Origin: Pirellula staleyi DSM 6068
Lineage (GTDB): Bacteria; Planctomycetota; Planctomycetia; Pirellulales; Pirellulaceae
Length of the DNA stretch: 32,000 bases
Direction of reading: 5' to 3'
NCBI GenBank assembly: GCA_000025185.1
Contig: CP001848.1
Span: 2,640,001 to 2,672,000, forward strand
Position 1 is the stretch's first letter. Each line of letters starts with the position of its first letter. Below are positions 8,415-17,147 of this stretch, in pieces. Under the pieces are notes generated by a model, which was not told the origin of the DNA, searched no databases, and saw nothing but the letters and a program-made list of their open reading frames with translations. Both the position numbers and the translations under genes were made by a program.

Positions 8415-8539
8415 TCGGCTCAGTTCCTTGATTTAGCGGCACTCGGGGGATCGTTCACGCGAGCTACACCATACCCGGTGCTGCGGGGGCTCGGACAGCC
8501 CCGCTGGGCGTGACGACAATCGGACTATAATCAACCACT

Positions 8540-9799
8540 ATGGCCAATATCGACCCCACTCCGATGCGCGAGTTCGCGATCAGCGTTGTGCGTCAGCTGC
8601 GCGCGGCGGGCTATCAGGCGCTCTGGGCCGGTGGCTGTGTCCGCGATCAGCTGCTGGGTCAGCGACCGAAAGACTATGACGTCGCCACCAGCGCCTTGCC
8701 CGACGAAGTCCGCAAGCTCTTTGGCCACAAGCGGACCCTGGCAATTGGAGCCGCGTTTGGAGTGATCACGGTGCTCGGGCCGCGCGAGGCTGGTCAGCTC
8801 GATGTCGCCACGTTTCGGACCGACGCCACCTATAGCGACGGTCGCCATCCCGACGCCATCACGTTCAGCACTCCCGAGCACGATGCCCAGCGGCGCGATT
8901 TTACGATCAACGGGCTGTTCTTCGACCCGATTGAAGAGCGCGTGATCGACTACGTCGGTGGCGAGGCCGACCTCGCCGCGCGCGTGGTCCGTGCGATTCG
9001 TGATCCGGCCGAGCGAATCGAGGAAGATAAGCTCCGTATGCTCCGGGCGGTTCGATTTGCGGCCCGGTTGGGTTTCAGCATCGAAGCCCAAACGCTTGCA
9101 GCGATCGAGCAGCGCGCCGATCAGCTGCAGGTGGTCTCGGCCGAGCGGATTGCTGCCGAGATGGAGAAGATTTTGGTCCACAACAGCCGCGCGCAAGGGC
9201 TCGCACTGCTGCGGCAAGCGAGGCTGCTCCCCGAAGTCCTCCCCGAACTCGCGGAAGTGACCGATTTTACGCTACTAGCGCGCGAGCTATCGCTCCTCGA
9301 GCAGCCCAGTTTTGCGATGGCGATTGCTGCGCTGCTGCGGCACACTGCGGCGGCTCGCAGCCCGCTCACAGCCGCTGCTCTGGCCGATCAAATTGCCGCA
9401 CGCTGGCGACTTTCCAATCACGTGGCCGAGGGCATTTCCCTTGCGCTCCGGCAGTTGCCGCAGCTGCAAATCGCAACGGAGCTCCCTTGGCCGCAGCTGC
9501 AGCGGATGCTCGTTCAGCCACGGATCGGCGAGCTGCTGGGCCTGCTTGCAGCGGTCGAGCGCGGGGCAGGGGAGCGTTCGCCGCAAACCGACTACTGCCG
9601 CGCTAAACTGGCACTCCCCGCCGAGCAGCTGAATCCCCCGCCTCTGCTGACAGGGAGCGATTTGAAGCGTGCCGGACTTTCCCCGGGCCCGATGTTTCGC
9701 GAGATTTTAGAGCAAGTCCGCGATCAGCAACTTCTCGGACAGCTCCACACGCTGGGCGACGCGATAGAGTATGCTGAGAAGCTCGCAGCACCGGGCTGA
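8540..9799 (+). CDS. cca: CCA-adding tRNA nucleotidyltransferase / poly(A) polymerase family protein
   Basis: The product carries WAGGCVRDQLLGQRPKDYDVAT (GGxVRD...DxD), RRDFTINGLFFD and EDKLRMLRAVRFAARLGF. Confidence 0.9.
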   Translation: MANIDPTPMREFAISVVRQLRAAGYQALWAGGCVRDQLLGQRPKDYDVATSALPDEVRKLFGHKRTLAIGAAFGVITVLGPREAGQLDVATFRTDATYSDGRHPDAITFSTPEHDAQRRDFTINGLFFDPIEERVIDYVGGEADLAARVVRAIRDPAERIEEDKLRMLRAVRFAARLGFSIEAQTLAAIEQRADQLQVVSAERIAAEMEKILVHNSRAQGLALLRQARLLPEVLPELAEVTDFTLLARELSLLEQPSFAMAIAALLRHTAAARSPLTAAALADQIAARWRLSNHVAEGISLALRQLPQLQIATELPWPQLQRMLVQPRIGELLGLLAAVERGAGERSPQTDYCRAKLALPAEQLNPPPLLTGSDLKRAGLSPGPMFREILEQVRDQQLLGQLHTLGDAIEYAEKLAAPG

Positions 9800-9844
9800 T
9801 AGCAGCTTCTTCACACCACACCTTCACCCCCACGACGCACAACG

Positions 9845-10399
9845 ATGAACGGCGATCCACTGTTTCTGCTGACCCTGGCACTTCGCTATGCTCACATCCT
9901 CGGGGCGATTGCCATGATGGGTGGCACCATCTTCGCGCGATTCGCGCTCGTGCCTGTCCTAAGCGAGCAGAAAGATCCGCTGAAGAGCGAATTGCACGAG
10001 CAAGTCCGCCGGCGCTGGGCCAAGTTCGTTCATATTTCGATCGCGCTGCTGCTCATCAGCGGCTTTGCAAATCTGGGTCTGGCCTCGCGCTACAACTTTG
10101 GCGACGCTGGCGAGTACAAGGCGCTCTACAACATTCTGGGCGGCGTAAAGTTCCTGCTCGCCCTGCCGATTTTCCTCTTCGCTAGCTTCCTCACCGGCAA
10201 GTCGAACGCAGCGCGGAAGTTTCAGGCGGCTGGCCCGATGTGGATGAACGTCACGCTCGCGCTCGCGCTCGTGATGGTGCTGATGGGCGGCTTCCTGCGA
10301 TTCGTTCCACGGACGCTCAAATCCAAAGCGCCCGCTGCCACCTCGCAAGTGGTTCCTGCTGAAAATGGGCCTATCAGCCTCGAAAATCGAGCTTCGTAA
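9845..10399 (+). CDS. Hypothetical integral membrane protein (about 4 TM)
   Basis: 184 aa with four clear hydrophobic helices. It starts 45 nt after cca on the same strand. No family recognised. Confidence 0.7.
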   Translation: MNGDPLFLLTLALRYAHILGAIAMMGGTIFARFALVPVLSEQKDPLKSELHEQVRRRWAKFVHISIALLLISGFANLGLASRYNFGDAGEYKALYNILGGVKFLLALPIFLFASFLTGKSNAARKFQAAGPMWMNVTLALALVMVLMGGFLRFVPRTLKSKAPAATSQVVPAENGPISLENRAS

Positions 10400-10642
10400 A
10401 ACGCCTATAAAGTCGCCTGGCAATTTCGTCGGAATTCTCTTTCCTGATCCAGAGCGTCTGAATAAGCTAGAACTAGTTGAGTGCACCGAGCTTCTATCGC
10501 GGCACTCCCTCCTGCCTGGGCACGTTCTCCACAATGTGCCCAAAGTAGCCTCCAAGCTCGGTCACTTGGTCAAGCATCCCCCGCCTGATCGTGCACTTCG
10601 CGCATTGCGACGACGAGTGCACCGCTATTGCTGGAGACCGAT

Positions 10643-11344
10643 ATGAACGATCGCGCCCGTGCGCTCCATGTTCTCAAAGATGCACGCGACATCTTGGCTC
10701 GCCGACTCACCGAGCGTGTCTTGGAAATGACCGAAGAGATCCTTGCGGATGCTCGCGGCGATTCCTACATGAACGATATCGAAAATGTCTACGAAGCGCT
10801 CGGCATGCGTCTGTCGCATGTCACGCAAATGATTAGCAATCTCCCACCCGATCTCGAGCCGACCACCACCAGCAAACACGCGTCGGCCGAGTCGATGCGC
10901 GACGATACCTTCACCCTCGCCACCGAAACCACCACCGGTGCCGATGCCATGGTGGCCGACACCACACCCGCGCTCGCTGGCCCCGTGTTCGTAGCGACTC
11001 CGGCGCTCCCTGCTCCGCATCAAGAGGAGTCGCCGCGCAGCCCCGCTTCGTTTCAGCGTTTCGCGACCCTCGTACAATCGGGCGATGTGGAAGAAGCTGG
11101 CATCACCCTCGCCGAGCTGTTCGAACTCCCCGAAGATCGCGGCATTGCCTGCGCTGAATATTTTGCCGGTCGGCTCCATAGCGAACCTGGCTTCGTGAAG
11201 AAAGCGATGCAGTTGCGGGCCGAACTACTCGCCGGAAGTCACAACGCGGTGATGGTGCTGCTCTACGAATGTTTTGGTCTCGTGGGGCTCGAATCGATCG
11301 GCGTCATGCAGGTCCTTCATCGCCGCTTGAGCTGGGGTAGTTAG
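10643..11344 (+). CDS. Hypothetical protein
   Basis: The track ORF is 10628..11344. ATG at 10643 is preceded by GGAG at 10633. The N- and C-terminal parts look helical and the middle is T/A/P-rich. No family recognised. Confidence 0.65.
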   Translation: MNDRARALHVLKDARDILARRLTERVLEMTEEILADARGDSYMNDIENVYEALGMRLSHVTQMISNLPPDLEPTTTSKHASAESMRDDTFTLATETTTGADAMVADTTPALAGPVFVATPALPAPHQEESPRSPASFQRFATLVQSGDVEEAGITLAELFELPEDRGIACAEYFAGRLHSEPGFVKKAMQLRAELLAGSHNAVMVLLYECFGLVGLESIGVMQVLHRRLSWGS

Positions 11345-11448
11345 CGCGCTCGAGCGCACGGCGCAGACCGAACTTCTTTCCGTTATACTTCGGCACCACG
11401 ACGGGCCACCGCCAGCATTGGCTCGGTGGCCAGTCTCTCTCCACCACG

Positions 11449-11649
11449 ATGAGTTCGGACCCGCGAGGAGCATCCCCAGCGATGGACGGCAAAGCGAAGA
11501 AACGCCTCGAAGTGATCAAGCAGAAGCTCCTGATGCTGCGCCAGCAACTGGCTGGCGCCAAGAAGCAAGAAGACGAGCCGGGCGAAGTCGCAGCGATCGA
11601 AAAAGAGATCGCCACCCTCGAAGCCGAAGCCAAAAAACTGCGGGAATAA
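11449..11649 (+). CDS. Small K/E-rich coiled-coil protein (hypothetical)
   Basis: 66-aa ORF with an alternative internal start at MDGKAKK. It has a heptad-like charged sequence, KRLEVIKQKLLMLRQQLAGAKK...IEKEIATLEAEAKKLRE. Confidence 0.45.
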   Translation: MSSDPRGASPAMDGKAKKRLEVIKQKLLMLRQQLAGAKKQEDEPGEVAAIEKEIATLEAEAKKLRE

Positions 11650-11727
11650 TCTGCCCGCCCCCAACAGCACTCTCGATGCTTGCCTAGAGCATCTGCCTAT
11701 CCATCGATCTCACGCCTCATCAGGCGC

Positions 11728-11765
11728 GACTGTGCTGGGCTCGGCTTTCTGGCCGCAGCACAGTC
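11728..11765. terminator. Hairpin between convergent genes
   Basis: GACTGTGCTG-N18-CAGCACAGTC is a perfect 10-bp stem. It has only a weak T tract (GGTGGGTTTGG) on the plus side. Confidence 0.4.
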
Positions 11766-11785
11766 GGTGGGTTTGGAGTCGATGG

Positions 11786-14700
11786 CTACTGGCTATCGCC
11801 GACGGGGGTGGTGCCGGGCTGATCGCGATAGACAGCCACCTCGTCGATGCCGTCGCCATTAAAGTCTCCAGCGACCGGCTTATCTCCCATCTCTCCTAGT
11901 TCAATCACGTCGTCGCCGTCGTCGATCTGACGGTTGCTGTTGGTGTCGAGATAGAACTTGCCCCCGCGGAAGACACCCAGGTCGTCGATGCCGTCGCCGT
12001 TGAAGTCGCCGACGACAGGACGATCACCCTTCTGGCCGAAGTGGGCTACTTTGTCCCCTTCCGACCAGCGGCCATCGCCATCCATATCGAGGTGCCATTT
12101 GCCGTCGCGGAACACACCGATCGACGCAATGCCGTCGCCGTTCCAGTCGCCGGTGATCGCCACATCGACACTGTTACCAAACTGGAACACGTGATCGATG
12201 AGATCGGCGCGCTCCTTGCCGCGAGCGGTCAAGCGGAGCAGACGTTCGCCGTCGGTCGCTTCGTCGTAATCGGGTGGCAAGTTCTTGGCGCGAGGCATCG
12301 CCTTCGGAGCGTTGTCGGGATCGGGCAAACCAGGCTCGTTTTCGATATGACGTTCGTCACCCGGCCACTCAGGACCAAAGATGCCGATGTCGTCTTTGCC
12401 GTCGCCATCCCAGTCCCCGGTGACCGGCTGATCGTTGGCGTCTCCCAGTTTGGCCCACAAGTCCCCTTCGTCCCACTTGCCGTTGCCGTTGAGATCGAGG
12501 AACCATTCTCCCTTGTAGAACACGCCGAGCTCAGAGCGGCCATCGCCGTTCCAGTCTCCGGCGACCGGCAGTGCGCCAGGAATGCCAAACGCAAAGTGAG
12601 GGGACTGGGCAGAGTCGTCTCCGGTGTGAATCGTCCAAATGCCGTCGCGCAGACGTTCGCTCTGCCAGTCGGTTTTGTCGACAAACAGCACCGAGCGGTA
12701 GACCACGTCGGCCATGCGTGTCGCGCGGCCGTTGGTGCGTGGCAAACCAGCGTCGATGATGCTCAAGTGCCACGTGAAGATGCCGCCACCACCGGTGATG
12801 ACATCTTGCGGCTTGATCAGAATCGGAGCCAGCGGCGGCGGAATCTCGAGCTGAACCGGTGGAATGAACTCGGGATCTTCCGGTGGAGGATCGAGCTCCT
12901 TCGGTGGATCAGGCGGAATGACGTAGGTCGTTATTTTCACTTCGCTGAAGTTGTTCAGCTGCGACTCTTGTCCAGCAGCCAGCGGAATTTGCAGAATCGC
13001 GTCGAAGCGGAAGCTGACACCTTGCGTGGCAAACCGCTGCACCAGCAGCGGGCTCACCAGCGTGTTGCGGTTCACAGCCAAGCCGCTTGTGGTTCCGGCC
13101 GTATCTTTGCTGTCGATATACCCTTCTGGCTGGGCCTGGAACACGCTGTAGTTGCCCGCCTTCAGCCCACGGAACTGATAAAAGCCGTTGGCATCGGTCC
13201 AGACACGAATCGCCCCCGGTGGATACATTCCTGGCAGAGCATCTTCAGCTGTCACTAGCTCGCCGGTCAGGGTGTGCCGAAGTTCCAGCAGCACGCCACC
13301 AATGCGGATGTCGTCGGGGGTCAGCAGACCGTCGCGATAGTCCTCGACGTTGTCGGGAACTTGTCCGTTGGGGGTCACGATCGGCGCGCCATCTTGGAAC
13401 ACATAGCCCGAGATCGCTGCCGGAGGAATTTCGCTGAAGTCGTAGTTGACTGCGACCACTCCGCTGCCGAGGTTGATTTGCGAAATCACGTCATCCTGCG
13501 AATCGTCGCCCCCTTCCGATCCGGCCTGTTCACAGCCGTCGAAATACGCGAGAGGCTGCGTTTCACGAATCGTGTAGGTGCCTGGGTTGAGTCCGGCAAA
13601 GATGTATTCGCCAAGCGCGTTGGTTTGCGTGGTTGCTACCAGATTGCCAGCACTGTCGTACAGCCGAATCGTCACACCGGCGAGCAACGCTTCCCCAGCA
13701 TCGTAGGTGCAGTTCGGGGTGGTATCGACCCAGACTTTACCGCTGACACTGGCGGGCAATTTTTCGCAGAAGTCGTAGCTCACACCATTTGCGCCTGGGC
13801 CAAGCACAATGTTGCTGATCGTGTCGTTGGCGCTCTTAGTGCCGTTGAGCACGCCCCCCACTTTCCCGATGTGGTCGCCGCCGTCGATCAAGCCCACCGG
13901 GGTTTGCTCGACGATGGTGTAGGTGCCGGGCGGGAGTTTGTCGAACTTGTAATTGCCGTTGGCATCGGTGACAGTCTGCGCGATCACAGTGCCGCTGGCA
14001 TCTTTCAGAAGGATCACCGCGCCGACGACTGGATTGTTTTCCCAACCTTCGTAGTAGCAGTCCCCATCTTTATTGGTCAGGTGGACGTTGCCGCTGATGC
14101 TGGCTGGCTCGAGTTCGCCGAAGTTGTACCGAATACCGGTGGCACCACCACCGAGGACGATCATCTCGAGGCTGTCGCCCGGATTGTTGACCGTGCCGAC
14201 CTGCACGCCGTTGACCGTACCAGGGGTGTCGAGACCATCGAAATAGCCGGTCGGCTGTGTCGGCTGAATGATGCGATAGGTGCCCGGGGCAAGTCCGGTC
14301 GCTTCGTAGAAACCATTAGCGTCGGTGACGAGCGTAATCACGCTTTGCGGCGAAATGGTGTTCACCGGAATGACTTGGATCTGCACCCCTGCGAGCGGTG
14401 TTTCGCCCGGATCGAACACCCCATCGTTGTCGGCATCGACGTAGACATAACCACTCACCGCAGCGGCGAGCGCTTCGGCAAAGTCGTACCGCACGCCATG
14501 CATGTCGCCGAGCGGAATGGTGATCTCGGTGAGGATATCTTTGTCGCCAGCGACGGTGCTACCGACCGTATTGCCGCCGACTTTACCGACGATCGAGCCG
14601 ACGCTGAAATAGCCCGTGGGCTGCGTTTCACGCACCTGGTAGGTGCCGGGTGTGAGCCCCAGGTTGGTGCCAAACTCGTAGTCGCCGAGGCTGTTGGTGG

Positions 14701-15619
14701 TGGTCGTAAACCCGGTGAAAACGTAGGAATTCCCCTGCTTTTTCCAGAGTCCGAGGGTCACCCCCGAAAGCCCTTGTTCACCGGCGTCTTGCGTCAGGTC
14801 GAGATCGTTATCGAGATAAACGCGGCCACCAATCGAGATCGGCAGCGGCTGTTGCTGCAGCGGCAGCATGGTGCCGGTCGAGCGGTCGCGTTTGCCGTCG
14901 AAGTTGTCAAACGGCAGGCCACTCGGGTTGCTGTCGGTGCGGAGCAGGGTCGTGCCGGCGAACAGCGGATCGTAGTTGTTGCGGAACTCGCTCGTGCCGG
15001 TCACTTCGTAGTAGTGCGGCGCTACGAACGTGGCGGTGAGCATCGAGCCTTGGAATTCGACACCCGAAGTGATCGGGTCGACACCTTCGTTGATGAGATC
15101 CTGGTTGGTGATCGAGGGGTCGTAGTCTTGCACTTCGTCGACATCGATCGAGAAGACGAGTTTCTCGCCAACGTCGAAGCCTTTGAAGTTCAGGATGAGC
15201 TTGGTGCCACCATCGGCGACGCTCCAGGTCACTTCCTGGATGCCACTGGACGAAACGATCTGCATGGGGAAGGCTTCGTCGGCTCCCCAGCCCCCTTTGA
15301 TGGTGTCGAAGAAGAGATCGCCGACGCTCCAGCCGGTGGGGCCGTGGTCGGTGTCGATGATCAGCTGCGTGAGCTGCGTGCCAGGTGCACCCCCTTCGAA
15401 TTTGATTTCGAAGGTGTCGCCGTGAAGATCGCTACCGCTATCTTCCTCGATGTAGACCATACCGACCTTCAGCGGATCGGCGTCCATCAGGCGGCGCGAC
15501 TCGACCTGTTCGAAGCGGCTTTGGCGACTCTTTTTCGCACGCTTGCGTTTGATCGGTGCAGGCGCGCTCGTGGTAACGGGGGACTTACGAAAAAAGTTCA
15601 GCAGGCTCCACAATCCCAC
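11786..15619 (-). CDS. Giant secreted protein: five SdrD-B/Cna-B-like domains plus C-terminal FG-GAP/VCBS repeats
   Basis: 1277 aa. The leader reads MGLWSLLNFFRK...KRKRAKKSRQSRFEQVESRRLM. It has repeats of SG.V..D...G..D.GE..L.GV.I.L.....TD.NG.Y.F..L.PGTY...E..P.GY. The FG-GAP-like units are AGDWNGDGRSELGVF, TGDWDGDGKDDIGIF, TGDWNGDGIASIGVF, VGDFNGDGIDDLGVF and AGDFNGDGIDEVAVY. Confidence 0.9.
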   Translation of the reverse strand: MGLWSLLNFFRKSPVTTSAPAPIKRKRAKKSRQSRFEQVESRRLMDADPLKVGMVYIEEDSGSDLHGDTFEIKFEGGAPGTQLTQLIIDTDHGPTGWSVGDLFFDTIKGGWGADEAFPMQIVSSSGIQEVTWSVADGGTKLILNFKGFDVGEKLVFSIDVDEVQDYDPSITNQDLINEGVDPITSGVEFQGSMLTATFVAPHYYEVTGTSEFRNNYDPLFAGTTLLRTDSNPSGLPFDNFDGKRDRSTGTMLPLQQQPLPISIGGRVYLDNDLDLTQDAGEQGLSGVTLGLWKKQGNSYVFTGFTTTTNSLGDYEFGTNLGLTPGTYQVRETQPTGYFSVGSIVGKVGGNTVGSTVAGDKDILTEITIPLGDMHGVRYDFAEALAAAVSGYVYVDADNDGVFDPGETPLAGVQIQVIPVNTISPQSVITLVTDANGFYEATGLAPGTYRIIQPTQPTGYFDGLDTPGTVNGVQVGTVNNPGDSLEMIVLGGGATGIRYNFGELEPASISGNVHLTNKDGDCYYEGWENNPVVGAVILLKDASGTVIAQTVTDANGNYKFDKLPPGTYTIVEQTPVGLIDGGDHIGKVGGVLNGTKSANDTISNIVLGPGANGVSYDFCEKLPASVSGKVWVDTTPNCTYDAGEALLAGVTIRLYDSAGNLVATTQTNALGEYIFAGLNPGTYTIRETQPLAYFDGCEQAGSEGGDDSQDDVISQINLGSGVVAVNYDFSEIPPAAISGYVFQDGAPIVTPNGQVPDNVEDYRDGLLTPDDIRIGGVLLELRHTLTGELVTAEDALPGMYPPGAIRVWTDANGFYQFRGLKAGNYSVFQAQPEGYIDSKDTAGTTSGLAVNRNTLVSPLLVQRFATQGVSFRFDAILQIPLAAGQESQLNNFSEVKITTYVIPPDPPKELDPPPEDPEFIPPVQLEIPPPLAPILIKPQDVITGGGGIFTWHLSIIDAGLPRTNGRATRMADVVYRSVLFVDKTDWQSERLRDGIWTIHTGDDSAQSPHFAFGIPGALPVAGDWNGDGRSELGVFYKGEWFLDLNGNGKWDEGDLWAKLGDANDQPVTGDWDGDGKDDIGIFGPEWPGDERHIENEPGLPDPDNAPKAMPRAKNLPPDYDEATDGERLLRLTARGKERADLIDHVFQFGNSVDVAITGDWNGDGIASIGVFRDGKWHLDMDGDGRWSEGDKVAHFGQKGDRPVVGDFNGDGIDDLGVFRGGKFYLDTNSNRQIDDGDDVIELGEMGDKPVAGDFNGDGIDEVAVYRDQPGTTPVGDSQ

Positions 15620-15734
15620 AAGGCACCTCCGTGCGCTATCGTGCTGGCGTTGATCGTCGCCGTCGTTCGCGTGTGAGGTACATCATGCACCTGACAGCGC
15701 GAGGACTGTTGTTGTACGGGTGGTTGGTTCTGGA

Positions 15735-16814
15735 CTATTTGCGTAGCGGCTCGATGACATCGGGTCGGCGGCCGAGCTGGCCCCCATTGCCGTCGCCACG
15801 CGCCACGTTGTCGGTGATGGTCCAGATGCGAATCGTTGTGTCGTAGCCCGCCGAGACGAGCGTGTTGCCGATGCAATCGAGGGCCGCCACGCTGCCGGTA
15901 TGTCCGGTCAAAATGCCGGTCTCGACCTGGGTTTCGACATCCCACAAGCGGATGAGGTTGTCGCTGCCAGCGGTGGCCAAATGCGTCGGGCTATAGAACG
16001 TGATGGCGAGCACTTTGGCGGGGCGACGGGGCAAAAGAAACGGAGCCGCGCCACCCAGTGGCGAAATGTGAACCAGGCGATCTTCGCCAGCCGACGCGAG
16101 GTACGCACCATCGGGCGAGAAGACCATCGCGCGGACCCGCTGACGATGCGCGGGCATGTCGCTTGGTGGAGCATCGCTCGACACGCTGCTGACACGCACC
16201 ACGCCGCTGCGACCGGCAATCGCCAAGTTTTGATCGTCGGGCGAAAAGGCGACCGAGCGATGGTCGTCGCAAGGTCCCGCGATTTCTTTCACCAACTTGC
16301 CGGTGGCGACGTCAAACAGGCGGATCGTTTGTTCGAAACCGGCAGCGGCGAGCAGCTTCCCATCGTGGCTAAAGCGAATTGAAGTGACAGCCTGAGGCAG
16401 CTTGGCAAATTCGGATTTGAACTCCCCTGTCTCGGCATTCCAGAGCAAGATTTGACGATCGTTGCCGGCGGAGGCAAGCAGGGTGCCGTCGGGCGAATAG
16501 TCGATGGTGCGGACCCAGTCGATATGTTTGTCGAGCCGCTGGATCATCTTTCCATCGGCGAGTCCCCACACACGGACAATGTGATCGTCGCCAGCGGTGG
16601 CGAGCATTTGTGTTTGGCGATGGAGTCGCACGGCGGTGACCACCGGCGCTTTTTTGTTGTTCCGTTCGTCGATTTCGGGGGGCAGCTGAATGGTCCGCGA
16701 GGGCCAGTTCACAGCAGCCACTTCGTTGGCGGAGAGGAGGGGGCGACCGGCGACAAAGGCTGCCGCCAAGGTTCCCGCGCCAACCAAAAACTCGCGACGG
16801 TTTGGATTGTTCAT
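15735..16814 (-). CDS. WD40-repeat beta-propeller protein with twin-arginine (Tat) signal peptide
   Basis: From ATG 16814 the product reads MNNPNRREFLVGAGTLAAAFVAG. About seven WD-like units follow, for example LATAGDDHIVRVWGL, LASAGNDRQILLWN, LATAGSDNLIRLWDV and LVSAGYDTTIRIWTI. Confidence 0.88.
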   Translation of the reverse strand: MNNPNRREFLVGAGTLAAAFVAGRPLLSANEVAAVNWPSRTIQLPPEIDERNNKKAPVVTAVRLHRQTQMLATAGDDHIVRVWGLADGKMIQRLDKHIDWVRTIDYSPDGTLLASAGNDRQILLWNAETGEFKSEFAKLPQAVTSIRFSHDGKLLAAAGFEQTIRLFDVATGKLVKEIAGPCDDHRSVAFSPDDQNLAIAGRSGVVRVSSVSSDAPPSDMPAHRQRVRAMVFSPDGAYLASAGEDRLVHISPLGGAAPFLLPRRPAKVLAITFYSPTHLATAGSDNLIRLWDVETQVETGILTGHTGSVAALDCIGNTLVSAGYDTTIRIWTITDNVARGDGNGGQLGRRPDVIEPLRK

Positions 16815-17147
16815 GCCAAGCACACCGAGCGGAGGAAAGGGAGCGAACGCTAGCACTGAGAAGCGATCGCACGTGTGCGCTAGGGACACACGCAACGTCA
16901 TGTATCGGCGGCAAGAGGTGGAGCCATACAGTCGAAAAAGAGTCTCTAAGGCGTGTTCATACGCCCTATCGCGTCACTGCTGGCAAGGAAATCGCAACGC
17001 ATCAATAGCGATGCGTTTAACGGATAACCGTCTGCAAAAGATGGGCAGACTAGAGAGAGTTTCTGCATCGCTGCGAGCGCGCTGCTGTCGGCTGCGCCTG
17101 ACTGGCAGCGCGAGGCTCGATGTAACGACCAAAAGTGCCGCAGCCTG

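Noticed and set aside
8531-9217. 228-aa minus-strand ORF overlapping cca
   Set aside because: The plus-strand product has unambiguous nucleotidyltransferase motifs. The antisense product is featureless.
11344-11357. The 14-mer palindrome GCGCGCTCGAGCGC, repeated at 19116..19129, read as a possible dispersed repeat element
   Set aside because: A single repeated GC-rich 14-mer in 32 kb is roughly what chance predicts. There is no extended flanking similarity.
12041-15676. 405-aa and 800-aa plus-strand ORFs antisense to the FG-GAP/SdrD giant gene
   Set aside because: Same reasoning: these are shadow ORFs. Only the minus-strand product has recognisable repeats.
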